In this document: piece after piece, positions 30,119 to 42,162 of the stretch
Layout of the letters: each line of letters begins with the position of its first letter
Numbering within the stretch: position 1 is the stretch's first letter
NCBI GenBank assembly: GCA_017499595.2
Contig: CM039003.1
Location: 1,302,001 to 1,366,000 of the forward strand
Reading direction: 5' to 3'
DNA: 64,000 nt
DNA from: Psilocybe cubensis
Lineage: Eukaryota
Notes under the pieces: model-generated
What the model was told of the DNA's origin: nothing
Seen by the model: only the letters and a program-made list of their open reading frames with translations
Database searches by the model: none
Program-made: the position numbers and the translations under genes

Positions 30119-33100
30119 GGTGTAGGGGGCGGCGGACTCACCCGCCGTGCCTCATTCCGAGCCTCGCATCAGTCATTCACCGCACATTTCCAGGCAACTG
30201 ACTCCTGAGGCCTCTCTCTCAATGCTACTTTCCTTGGCCTATGACGCGATTGAGTGTTGCACACTGTACACCAGAGGTGTACTACATCGCTTCGCGGAGA
30301 ATATCGGATAAATTGCAGAAAGAAAAACGTGTCAGTGTTAAACACAAGCCCATTCCAAGTAAATTGCGCTAACTCACTACGTCGCCGGTCGCGGGGTATA
30401 TGTGCACCAGCACAACTGTGTTTAAGATGCCTTGCTGGACAATCAATATCATTTGATATTTCAGCAACCCGTGCGTTTTGTTCGCGGAATGATATGCTAA
30501 TTAGGCAACAGCAACATTGAGAGGATGGCGGGACGGGAGCAAATGTGGAACCCCAACCTCAGAAAAGACGATCGATCGGTTGTCGTCGCGTGGCACGGCG
30601 TATCAGAGGAGGCAATAGCGTGTTTATCACAGCAATTGTTCCTTTCCTCCATTATAATATGCAAACTTGGTAATAGAATTGGATTGTGATTTTTTTTTCT
30701 TCTGAGGGGTTGTACCCTTGAGGTAAGAGGTAAGCGCTTGAGCACTGAGACATTCGATTTTTGATTTTGGTGCACGTACGTTTGGAGAAATTACTTGGAG
30801 GTTACGGTTGTTTGTTATTGGAGGCCAAGACCATTTTACGGTGATGGTGACTTTGTTTCTAGTATAGTCTTGTCTTGACAATTTACGTGTGCTAGACGGC
30901 GTATGTGTGTATTACTTTGGTATTACTATTAATGTGTAAAGTACAAGAATTTGATACGCATCAATGAATAGAATAAAGTCAATTTAGGACGCGAATGTTG
31001 CGGCATGCCAACGAACGAATTGAAAAAAAGTACGTACATGGTTTTGTATGGTTTGCTGGCAAGGCCTCCTGAACGGCGGGGAAGGCAACTGGAGAATCTA
31101 GTACTCTTGGTATAGGTACCAACGGGCCTGCCTCGCCGAGTGCCCTGCCAGCATTCTGCGGGATTGTAAGATACCGTGACGGTACGGCATCCGACATTGT
31201 ACGCAACATTTCCGTCGGCCCTGTGCGCCTACAATGCCTCGAGGTCATACTGTAGGTTGTAACTGCGGCTGAACGCACGGGTGTGCTGGACTGTTGCATT
31301 TTCGAGTTGCGAATTCTCGTGCCGTGGCTATGGTCGAGTGGCACTGTGGCCTGGCGTGTTCGTACCGCAAACGGAGTGGCGGCCGACTCAACCCCCTAGA
31401 TGTCGGGCCTTCCAGCGCAGCGACGAGTATCTCGCCGTGATTTGTCGGATACAGATCTACACCGACAATAGTCATGTATTATAATATGATTATATTACTT
31501 TATACAACTGCATAACAGGGTACAAAGCTCACGCCATCGTTAAACTCTCTTCAATAGTAAGTAATTGAATAGTGGCTAACATACAGTACTATAGCACCCT
31601 ACGTCATCGCACAATGAATTTTCTCTTTTCTCTTCGCGTTTTTGTGTTCAAGGTCGACTACCGATCGAGCTCAGTGAGCCCCCCCTTTTTTACTTTTTGT
31701 CAACTCACAAGTCGCGGTGACGATGCTCGGGCCCCTAATCGTTGGTCTATATATGGCACGCGATCATTAATTTCTCGATCACTGATGGATTATGTACTCA
31801 CGGTTCGAGTCCAGCGTCAGCCGCGCGCGCGCGCAGCTCTTGAAGCTTACAAGCCGGACGAGGTACGCTGTCAGTCGAGCTTTTGACGCAGGACAGGACA
31901 GCGATCGCTCGTCATACGGATGGGCCTCTGCGACTATCCGCCGGGAGGGCACGGGGGTTGTGATCATGATCATGATCAGACCCGCTCTTACAAACTTGAA
32001 CTTGATTGAAGGCAGCGGCGGCCTGAGGCGAACTTGCCGTCGATTGACACTGTCGGTGAGCTTGAGGTTTTGGTTTCATGGCTGTTGATCTGACGCTCGC
32101 ACGAGTATAGGGACTATTAAAGTTGTCAAGTTTGACGGCGCGATGCGATGCGATGCGGACGCGGACGCGGCGCTGGGCGCTGACCGTCGGGACACTCGAG
32201 TATCGACATCCCGTGTCGACGCAACCACTGCGCATCCGTCCATCGATTTTTTAATTATCCAAATTCAAATGCATATCACCCCGCGCGGGGCTCCGCCTCG
32301 GGTGATGAAACTTTGGATACGCACCTACACTTGGGGACATAGGGCCGGGTACCATGGTGATAGCGCCCGTGCTATATCTACTGGCGCTATTCATGGACTC
32401 ACAATTTCCAACTTTACCTCTCTAAGTTACTATACCTCTTTGCATCTCTGACTCTAACTTTGACTCAATACAATCAAAGTTAATTATGGCGCTTAAGGTG
32501 CCGAGTCAGCCTCTGTGCCAGTGTACCAGTGATTGATCATGGAGATTGATGGCCATCTGTGCGTGGGTGAATCAACGACTATTGGACCTACTACTTTTAC
32601 TTTTTCTTCTTCTTCTTCTTCTATTGCTACCACCACGACACGCAGCTAATATAGCCACAACAATCGTGTGAGAGGCAGTCAACTCGATGACTGGATCCAT
32701 TGTCGTCGGATCGGAGCTGATCGATACGGATCCTACTATGCGCATGCTCCAGGCCGATGTGATACTAACATGACTTGGATTGGCATGGGAGAGCGCGAGA
32801 AGGGGATGTTGTGGGAAGTGATATACTGTTAGTGGTACTATTACTAGTACTAGTAACTAGCAAGACTTAGCAGCTTTCTGGCAGAATGGCAGGGCGGCTA
32901 GCTGCGGGGTATTGTCCCATGACCTATCTCCGAGTTTAAAAGTGCATGTTAATCGCGTCCTACTACGTCGGCGAGTGTCTTTTTTGGAACTGTTGAAGAC
33001 GCGCGCGCTTGATGCGCTATGTGCGATGTGAGTGTACAGACAGGTAGACATTATTCGCCTGCGCCAGCCTTCGATGTTGAAGCTTGAAGCTCGAGGCTTG

Positions 33101-36100
33101 ATTCCTGATACTGGTATTGCTTCTTTTACTTTTGCAAAGCGCCAGTAGGAAATAGCTGAATAGCGCTGAGATATTATTGTTGAAAGACGAACCTAACCGC
33201 TTGAACCGCAAACTTAATCCGGCGCCATTCCAATCGAAAAATCATGGCGGGGCATCACGAAACTGGATACTGGGGTAAATTAGAATACGATGCACCCATT
33301 ATAAGACTGGAAAAAGATATATATCATAATACGCTCACCATCGACAGTTGAATGGAGCAGAGAACATCCGAGTCGCATCGCATCGCGTCGCGTTTTTCCG
33401 AGTCCGAGTCGGATTAAACCAGGATATTCTGTCTTTCATGTTTATCTTTATGGTTATGGCTATATTTACGATTTTATCTTCCATCTCACCTCTTACATCT
33501 CAGCCTATCTCCCACTGTCTCCCGTCTTTGACGTCTTGACCTTGAATCTTCCATCAGAATCATCCCCCCTCCCCCATCTTTTGTCGAATCGCTATCACCA
33601 TATGATACTGTAACATCCTCCCTGGCCCTGGCGTAATCGGTCAGTTTTCCTTTGACAATCACCCCCCTTGCCCCCCTCTCTCCCCGGCCCAGGGTTTTGT
33701 TTTTGATATTCGGTGGTGGTTGATGGGTGGTTGGTCGTGGGTTGGGTTGGGTACAGGGCTGCGCGGTGAATTGAAGTGTGATCTCTTGACCCTGGCCCCG
33801 TCGAAACTCAATGGCAGAGGTAAAATAAAATTAATGAATTGCGGTAAGAGGCATACCCGTCCTGATTCAGCCATTATATCTGTGTTCATATCTCATTTCA
33901 TACCATTAAACGGTCGGTGGACGGAGGGTCAAGGGAAAAGGGACAAGTTAAAGTTGGCACTTGGCTTGGATTAGACGCGACTCGGAAGAAGTATAGGTAT
34001 AGTATGAAAGAAGGAGTAGAAAGGAAGGAAGGACAAGAAAAGAAATTAAAGTTCAGAGAAGCGAGCGAGCTGCTGCCTAGTCTAAACCTATTCATATCCC
34101 TATTCCTAGTCCCAGTACAAGTCCTATTCCTATTCCTAGTCAAAGGGAATTGTTTAACAACGGTGCAGGGTGCAGGGTGAAAGGATTTAATTTAAATTAA
34201 TGAAGTCGCATCATTGACGACTATCGATCCGGGATCGATGAAAGGTCCAGGACGTACAACACGTTGATATTAAAGTCGTTTTGTGCCTCTTTGAATGGTG
34301 ATAGAAAAGGGATGATGGTTTTGGGATTTTGGACTCGGACTGGACTCTGAGTCGTGAGTATTTTTTTTACATTGTCAAAAAAAGGAAAAAAAAAAAAAAC
34401 GGCGGACAAAAGGGAATGAATTCAACGGGTATACTAGTCTAGCACATGAACGTGAACTATCGAGCGGGTGAAAGCAATCCCCATCCAATTCAATTCAATG
34501 CGTCCTATAGTAAAATATGTATAACACTCCCAGGCTACAAAGAGTCAATGCAAGAGCTAGGATAATACAACACACGCTCCAAAAAAGAAACGAGATTAAA
34601 TAGCACCCTGAGGCTCTTTTTTAAATAAACAGGTAAAATGAAATGCATCCCATGGTATTCATTCATTCGAGATGAAAGGAGAGGACGGGAAAGGAAGCGC
34701 GATATGATATGATATGATGATCATGATCCATAGGGAGGACATTGGCAGAATCATGATCAGGAGTCGATGTTCTGCCAGTCCTATGGTAGACCCTGGGGTA
34801 AATAGTAAACGGACGCGGAAAAGGCGCGATAATCAGTATCCGCCATCAGATCGCGTCTGGCGCTGGTATTCCTCTTTCTGCTGCTGTTGTTCAATATTCA
34901 ATGCTGATCACTGATCAGGAGCCCATCGTGTCGGGTCAGGCGCCGCGCGCAACGAGAATGTGAACACTAAAAGGTGTAAAGCGGACTCGGACTGCAAGTT
35001 GAGCGGTGATGTCAATGTGACGACGCGGTACGTAGTACGGGAATACGGCGCTGCGTAGATAAGGCAAGTGCAGGTTGCTAGCTAGTATGTACAAGAAGTC
35101 GTGTTTTGGACTACGTATAGGCTCGAATCTCGGGTGGCATATGACCGGGATGATGATGCTAATTGATATGTGTGCACATATCCTTATATCCATATATTAT
35201 CATAGGTCATAGGTCGGGACTCTGTGGTACAAGATCACTGGCACTTACTGCGTAGTTCCTGTACACATACGCAGACGATACACGTACCCTCAACCCTACC
35301 ATGCTGCCCTGCCCGAAGGCATCACACCCACCCTACCTGTAGGCGTCATGGCTAAGCGAGGCGACCCGCGAAGCCGAAGCGCAGGGACCTCGCACAGTAA
35401 TTCATTATTCAATCAGGAGGCCATGAATCCAGGGATCAGGGAATCAGGAATCAGGAATCAAGGACCGGACCGCCTAGCTTGCCTGCCTCTCCCTGGCTGC
35501 TTGCTTAGCGGGAACACCCATACGCGCACACACGGGTATATAAATATACTTTATATGTACTGTATTTGTATTGGATTAGATTGGGAGCGAGCTGTACACA
35601 TGTACACTGGTACACTGCTGATATATGCTAATACTCAAACTTGGTTACCCTTTTTGCGGGGGCAATGAGCGGTGCGATGGGAATCAAGTGATACCTGTTT
35701 TTTCTCTTTGTTGGTAGGGTGCGACGAAACGAAACGAAACGAAGGGATACGAGGTGAGGTGAGGTGAGGTGAGGTCAGCGCGCGTGATTGGGAGTGGTGG
35801 ATAGGGAAGGAAAGGGCACGAAGAAGGGGGCGAGGGGTGATTGAGAAGGGAATGGGAAAAAAGATGATCGGTGCGTATTGCATCGTGATGCACTTGCACT
35901 CACACTCGCAGTCGAATACAATCGAACGCGGTTGATCAATTTCCTTTTTCCGTTTTCCACTTTCGAATTGCGATGACAGCAACACCTGAGCGGAGCGGAG
36001 CGCTAGGGTGTATATGTATATGTGTATATCACTATCAGCGCGGTGAACCGTGGACGTCATTATCGCATGCTGATTGGAGTTGGACGTTGGACGCTCGGGT

Positions 36101-37337
36101 TCGGAGGGATGTGGACACACGAATAACAGTGCGCGTAGGGTGCGGGGTATTGTATTGTAATTGTATCATGCTATGTATATCCGTGAATCAGCCCCCTCCC
36201 TCCCCCCGATCGTAAGTAGCGAGTGCGGTATCGAATCAACAGCGTCATACGTTGTCAGCGTCTGTCTGGGTGATTGAAATGAGATAATGAAGTGGATTCG
36301 GATGATTTCACTAGGTAGCAGAGGGGATGATGATCGCTATTGCCATCGCCATCGCCATCATGGGACGGAGACGGAGGCATAATTTCAGATTGAATGCAAG
36401 AGCTGTTGTTGTTGTTTTCCAAGAATATTTCTCGGAAACAAAAACGGATGCGTATGGCGTCAAGGTCAATATCACGCTCACAGCGCTGCACCCTGATCGC
36501 TGGGACAACTAGACCTAGAAAGATAGTTTTATCAGCTGTCGCCCGGGTCTTGTGGTGTGGTTGCGATAACCTGGGTTTCTGGATAATAGCCGCTGAAACA
36601 GGGAAATATGTACCACGCAGTAAACGGTGATTAAAGCGGTTGACACGCATTGCAGATTGGACTGGCGTCATACGCATCCTGTGCTAGATAGACTGATCTG
36701 GATAATCACGCAGAATGAATTGTTAGGTACCCGGATAGCGGGATATCATGAGGAGCGTGAAGTAGTAGTGCGAGTGCGTGCGCATGCGTGTGGACGGTGT
36801 GGACTGAGGCGTTATAGCGCATTCTTGTTTAGACCAGTATGGGATGATCATTCATTGTGTTGGGGAGGATGTATGGACGAATACAATACAATTAACACAA
36901 CATGAACGAAAAAGAGGAAATTAAATCATCGGAGAGTTCATTTGCGGTGTAGGACTAATAGGAGAGGTAGTCGAGTAGGGCGGAGTGGTGTGGGGTTGCT
37001 GAGAAACGATGTTGTCGGAGAGCCGTGATAGATGGAGTTGGATGGACACGGGGTATGGGATGCGGGGAAGGGCCTGACACGGAGAGATGGCGGAGAAACA
37101 CGGCAGACAGCGAGAAATATTCGGCGAGGGGGGGTCTGTGGTGGGTAAAAGAACCGCGGACCCTCGGGTACCGTTTGGGGAAGAGAGCCGGCTAGCCGGT
37201 GCGAAAGGTTTGTGAATGTGGCGCACCATGGAGGTAAGACCCGATCTGGATCTGAGATCTGGGATTGGATGGAAGCGTTTATAACGAATCCAACTGGACT
37301 CTGTCTCTTCCTTCCTTTTCCTCAATCAAACCAACAA

Positions 37338-38838
37338 ATGGATTTCGACGCCGCTTGGTGTCCCGCCTGCGACAGGCAGATACAGCCCAAGCGCTATACC
37401 ATCTCCGTTCCAGTCACCTCGAACTCCTCCACCACCACCCCGCCCCCGCCCCCGCCCTCATCACCCCGCAAGACAAAGGGCAGGACTGGCGGTCTTGTCA
37501 ATGGCACGGGCAGACTCCGCCATAATGGCACCATCAAGCCCGCGCCCCCCGCGGTTGTCCTCAAGCAGCGGCTCGTCATCGACCAGGGCCCGATCCCCCT
37601 CTACTGCTCAGACGAGTGCCAGATCGCCGATCTCAGCTCCCACCGCCGCGAAGAACACGCCCCGCTCGATCCCGCCCGCGAGGAGCCAGCGAACGCCCAA
37701 CCATTATCCCCTTCCCCGCCCTCCTCCGCGGACAAGTTTGTCCAGATGTACAACCTCCCCGCCCTCCCCCCGCCGATGCCCACCTTTGACGAGGAGGCAA
37801 CCGCCGTCGTCTCCGAGCCGACGCTCGAGTATACCAACGGTATCATCATGGCCGGCCGTCTCATCTCGTCCCTCTGCCCGCCTCCCGCCCCGCCGCACAC
37901 CGGCAAGTACAAGCCCGCCCGCGAGCCCCGTCAGCCGATCCCTGGCTGGAACGACGGCTCGAATGCCTGGCGTGCCGCTGTCTACAGCACGGGCAAGCCG
38001 AAAAACACGCTCCAGGATCCTTTCCTTCAGCATCGCCGCGGTGACTCTGTGACTTCCCCCTCTCCCCTGCGCTCCGCCTTCTCCGCTGCCGGATCTGCCC
38101 CCAAGCGCACAGCGTTCACCCGCAAGGCCATGTCCTCGTGCTCCCTCAGCCTCGCCTCTGCGCCGGCAACCTTCCACCACGCCCCCAACCCTGCCGCCCT
38201 CATGTCCAAATTCTCCGAAAACTTTATCCGCCGCTCCGAGTCCCGCGTCTCCCTCTTCAACCCGTCTTCCCCGCCTTCCGCCCTTTCCACCGCCACCCCA
38301 TCCTCTCCCGTATCTACCCACTCCATGCCTCTCCCAACCTCGCGCAGAGAGAAGGAGTTGGTCCACCCTAATGCCAAGGGTAAGCTTCTGGTACCCGATG
38401 TCAAGCTGCGAATGAGGGGAGGATCGGCGTCAAGTGTTTCTAGTGCATCACTCAGCAGCGCGTGGAGCGGCCCGAGTACCGTGGCGAGCTCCAGCTCGCC
38501 GAGCAGGAGCGCCAGGAGTCCCCTGTCGGCACCGAGCGATAGCGATGAGGACACGGAGCGATGCGATACCATTCTTCCCCGCCCTCGCCGCCCAGTCGAG
38601 ACCAGTATGTTGATTTCCGCTTTTCTTCCAGTCAATCATGCTAATCCATTCATTAGCCCGCTCGTGGTCATATGACAATGTCAAGACCTACGATATGATG
38701 CCGATCCCGCTGAAGAAGGTGAAGAAGATGGAGAAGCGGATAGTGGACGGTGTCGAGGTCGAAGAGGAGGTCGAGGTCGAGGTGTACGAGGAGCCCAAGC
38801 GCCTCTTTTTGTTTGCGCCGACGAGGATATCGGAGTGA
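37338..38838 (+). CDS. Ecl1-family (extender of chronological lifespan-like) Cys4 zinc-binding protein (exons 37338-38604, 38657-38838)
   Basis: MDFDAAWCPACDRQI...PLYCSDECQIAD matches the Ecl1-type CxxCD(R/K)Q...YCSxxC...D motif, followed by a Ser/Pro-rich tail. Intron GTATGT...GCTAAT...TTAG at 38605-38656 keeps the frame to TGA 38836-38838. A TATA-like TTTATAA (~37278) and a CT-rich tract precede the ATG. Confidence 0.85.
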
Positions 38839-41350
38839 TTTGCTGGGTTTACGCGAGTTTCTTTCGGGTTTTCTTTTGGCATGTTTTTTTTCTCTTTTGC
38901 ATGGGCTTCTGGTTTTTTTATAACTCGCATCACACACTCGCATCCACGCATTCGCACTTGCACATTCGCATCGGCATTCCTCATAACATCAAACACATCG
39001 GCATATCCGCATCCTCATACCCACATCCTCGCACAACCCAACTCAAACCCTCCTTAATACCCTCCACCCCCTCTTGAAAATCCCAAAGCACACGACACGA
39101 CACGCCACGAACCGCGATGACCCCTTAAAATCAATTATTCATTATTTCATTAACGTCCCTCCCACCTCATCTATCCGCCCGCGCCTTCGTGGTGTCTCGA
39201 TTCACCCGCTACCTTATCACTCCTGTCCTTGTCGCTCTTGTTATCGCTCGCACTTGCTCTCATCGATCTCGCTATCTCCGTGCCTTATCCACCCCTGGGG
39301 CCATTTGCTTTCCTCTTTCAACACACGTCTTTGACATTGCTCGTTTATCCGCTATCGATTGATTAACCTTTTCTTCATTGTGTTTGTTTGTATCATCCTC
39401 TTTTTTTCATCTCCCTCCCCCTGTGTTCCCAGTCCTCCTTTCCTCGTCGCCGCCTTATCCTGTACCCACGCGCACTGTTCACCCGCACCGCCATCGGCAT
39501 CTGTCACATATACCAATACGTATACCCTGTCCGTCACTGGCATGCATACCCCCTCCCGCGCGTATACCCAACCCTCACATCGAACTGGAACCCTGTTGTA
39601 TATCATCACTTCTCCCTCTACCCATTCGCCTCTTTGATACCTCATTTTTTTCTCTTTTTTCCCTTTTGGATTTGTTGTACTTTTTTCTTCTTCCTTTTTG
39701 TGTATGACTAGTGTACTTTTATCGCCATCGCGGCATCGCCATAGCATCGACGACGTCCAACAGCAACAATAACCAACAACAACAACAACGATATTACTCG
39801 ACTACCCTATTCTACCTGCCTGTCTACCTTTCTACCTACTTCAATCCGTGTTTTATTTTATTTTATGGTCCTCTTTTTTCTCTTCTTGCGTCTTACTTTT
39901 TTCTATTTGATACCGAACTTCGAATTCTTTTGTACCACCACAACAACACTGAACTTGAACCGAAACATCCATTTTCTTTACTCTTTTTTAACAACTACAT
40001 ACCTTAATGAACTCCACAACAAAATTTGCGCTGTGTTAGCAGTACTACTATGTCTACAATATTTGACTAGTTTTTTTTTCTTCCTTTTTCCCTTTTGTGA
40101 TGAAATTTTTGAGTTTGGCTTGCGTTGGGGTAATGGAGTTTGGGGATCTTTTTAGTTTACGATTGATATGAATGAATGAATGAATCATGGATTACGAATT
40201 GCGATGAAAACGCTTGTTCCTTTTTTCTTGAGTCTTGTGTGATTTTTTTTGACCCCTTGATTTTTAATTATCGATGAATCGTTGACGTTCATATTGGTTG
40301 CTGGTTGGTTACTATATACCCCGAGTCCGAATACGGGTAAGTTCATTACAATTTGCAAGTCCGGTGTCTACTTGTACTTGCCGTTTTTCACTAGACTTGC
40401 TTATGCTTTATGCTTTACTTTTTACTCCACTTACTTATCTGTGATGATGAACGTGCGTATATTTGTGTTTAGTAACATGCTGCCAGTACCATATGTACGT
40501 ACGTATGATAGGTAATATTACTGCCTATCTCGTTGCAGTGCGGTGCGGGGGCGTTGTGTTGGCGTTGGCGTTGGCGTTGGCGTGGTGACTCACCTCACCT
40601 CGCTCGTCCACGCGTTGACGGTTGACGTGTGCGTGTGCGTGTGCGTGTGCGTGTGCATGGGGTTCAAACTTCATGCTTCATGCACGGGTACTCGGATGTC
40701 GAAATTAAGGGCGCGCTGAGATTTTTATATTCAGCCCTGGTTCTCACAGCGGTCAGCAGGGTGATTGGTGAGGGTAATTATGTACTTGTGGCTGTATGGT
40801 CGCCCTTCCTGCCAGTGCCAGAGCTCGCTATCTTTATCAGTGTCATTATCAGTGTCATTATCGTATTCGCATTCGTGTTATTTCTATCATTATCGATATC
40901 ATATCGAGCGTCGCATGCGCATGCGCATGTGCATGTGTTGTTTTCCTTTTTCTTTTCCTCCCGAAGTTAATTAATATTATCATTATCATTGTACTTGTCA
41001 GTGATCATTCATTCTTTTGTTTTTTTCTCGTCCGACGGGAGGGTGGAGTCGTAGAGAAATTAACGCCGTTCATATTCTTCCTGTCATCATCATCATCATC
41101 GTGATAATTAGTACGTATACACGTATGCGCATGCTTGGTTCCTTCAGGTCAAGTTCAAGTTCAAGTTCAACGTTCAAGCTTCAAGTTTTAAATTAGCTCC
41201 ACTTTGATATAGCACATACTATAATATAAAAAGCCATGATGCTAGTGTATTCAGGTCAGCCTTCAGCTCACAAATCGCTCGGGCTCCGAGTGTGCTTTGC
41301 AATGCTTGTGCACTGTATGTACCCTATGTATCATAATGGTACCATGCAAC

Positions 41351-41393
41351 AGGGTAAGTAGGGTAAGTAGGGTAAGTAGGGTAAAAGGGTAAC
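41351..41393 (+). repeat. (AGGGTAAGT)3-type G-tract tandem repeat
   Basis: agggtaagt agggtaagt agggtaagt agggtaaa agggtaac: five GGG tracts. Confidence 0.9.
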
Positions 41394-41481
41394 TTTGTAA
41401 GGAGGGAGGGACGCTCCGGCGCGAGTTGACCGAAGTTCTAATAGAGAAAATATAATAAAACAGACCACAGCCGCGCTAGTA

Positions 41482-42162
41482 CAGTTGAACCCCTCTTAAC
41501 CCATACCTCTCAAAACCCATAACCCCTGGTAACCCATAGCATCAGCTGTCCACCAACTTGGTTCGCAGGGAATTGCACACCATAACCCATAAGTCCGCAA
41601 TAACCCATAACCCATACCCCTTCACTCTCAAAACCCATAGGTTTTACCTACCATATATAGGCTGGGACCTTTACTTTTGTGTCAAAATTTAGTACCCCGG
41701 TGGCTTATTTGGGTAATGTACCACTGAAACCTCCTCGTAGCTACAAAAAATGAAAAAATTTTGCCGGAGGCTCAACACACTGGCTTGGAAACTTCGGCAA
41801 TCATTCGGCAAAGAATTTTTCAACCCCGCTCTGTTCTTACCAAATACATCAGCGACATGGACAATCCTACTGCCCGTACAATTGAAACACTTTTGGACTC
41901 ATTAAATAGAAAACTGCACCTTGAAGAGCCAGAACAATGAAAGATACTGTAGTAACTGATTATTTTAGATCATAGCTAGTAGTACCTTGAATGTATCTAA
42001 TTGGTATCCGTCTTATCATCGAGGAATTTTTTGTGTATTTTTAACGATTTTTTCGCGGAATCTTCAGGCCTGTTTTTAGCATACCTCCTGAAACCCATAA
42101 CCCCTGATAACCCATACCCTGAGCCGTCCACCGAGAGGTATGGGTTAAGAGGGGTTCAACTG
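41482..42162 (+). mobile_element. Non-autonomous Tc1/mariner (pogo/Tigger-like) element, 681 bp, 30-bp perfect TIRs, TA TSD
   Basis: CAGTTGAACCCCTCTTAACCCATACCTCTC (41482-41511) is the reverse complement of 42133-42162, with TA on both flanks. Internal AACCCAT(A) repeats are present. 41821-41975 encodes, with one frameshift, KYISDMDNPTARTIETLLDSLNRKLHLEE/RTMKDTVVTDYFRS*, resembling a pogo-type transposase C-terminus. Confidence 0.95.

Noticed and set aside
37212..37337. In-frame upstream extension of the Ecl1-like ORF (GTG 37212, ATG 37269)
   Set aside because: It overlaps the TATA-like and CT-rich core promoter elements. The Ecl1-type motif begins right after ATG 37338, as is typical for the family.
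37495..38684. Long alternative-frame and antisense ORFs (185-220 aa) over the Ecl1-like gene, and similar ones over the F-box gene
   Set aside because: They are shadow ORFs caused by high GC3 and have no independent protein features.
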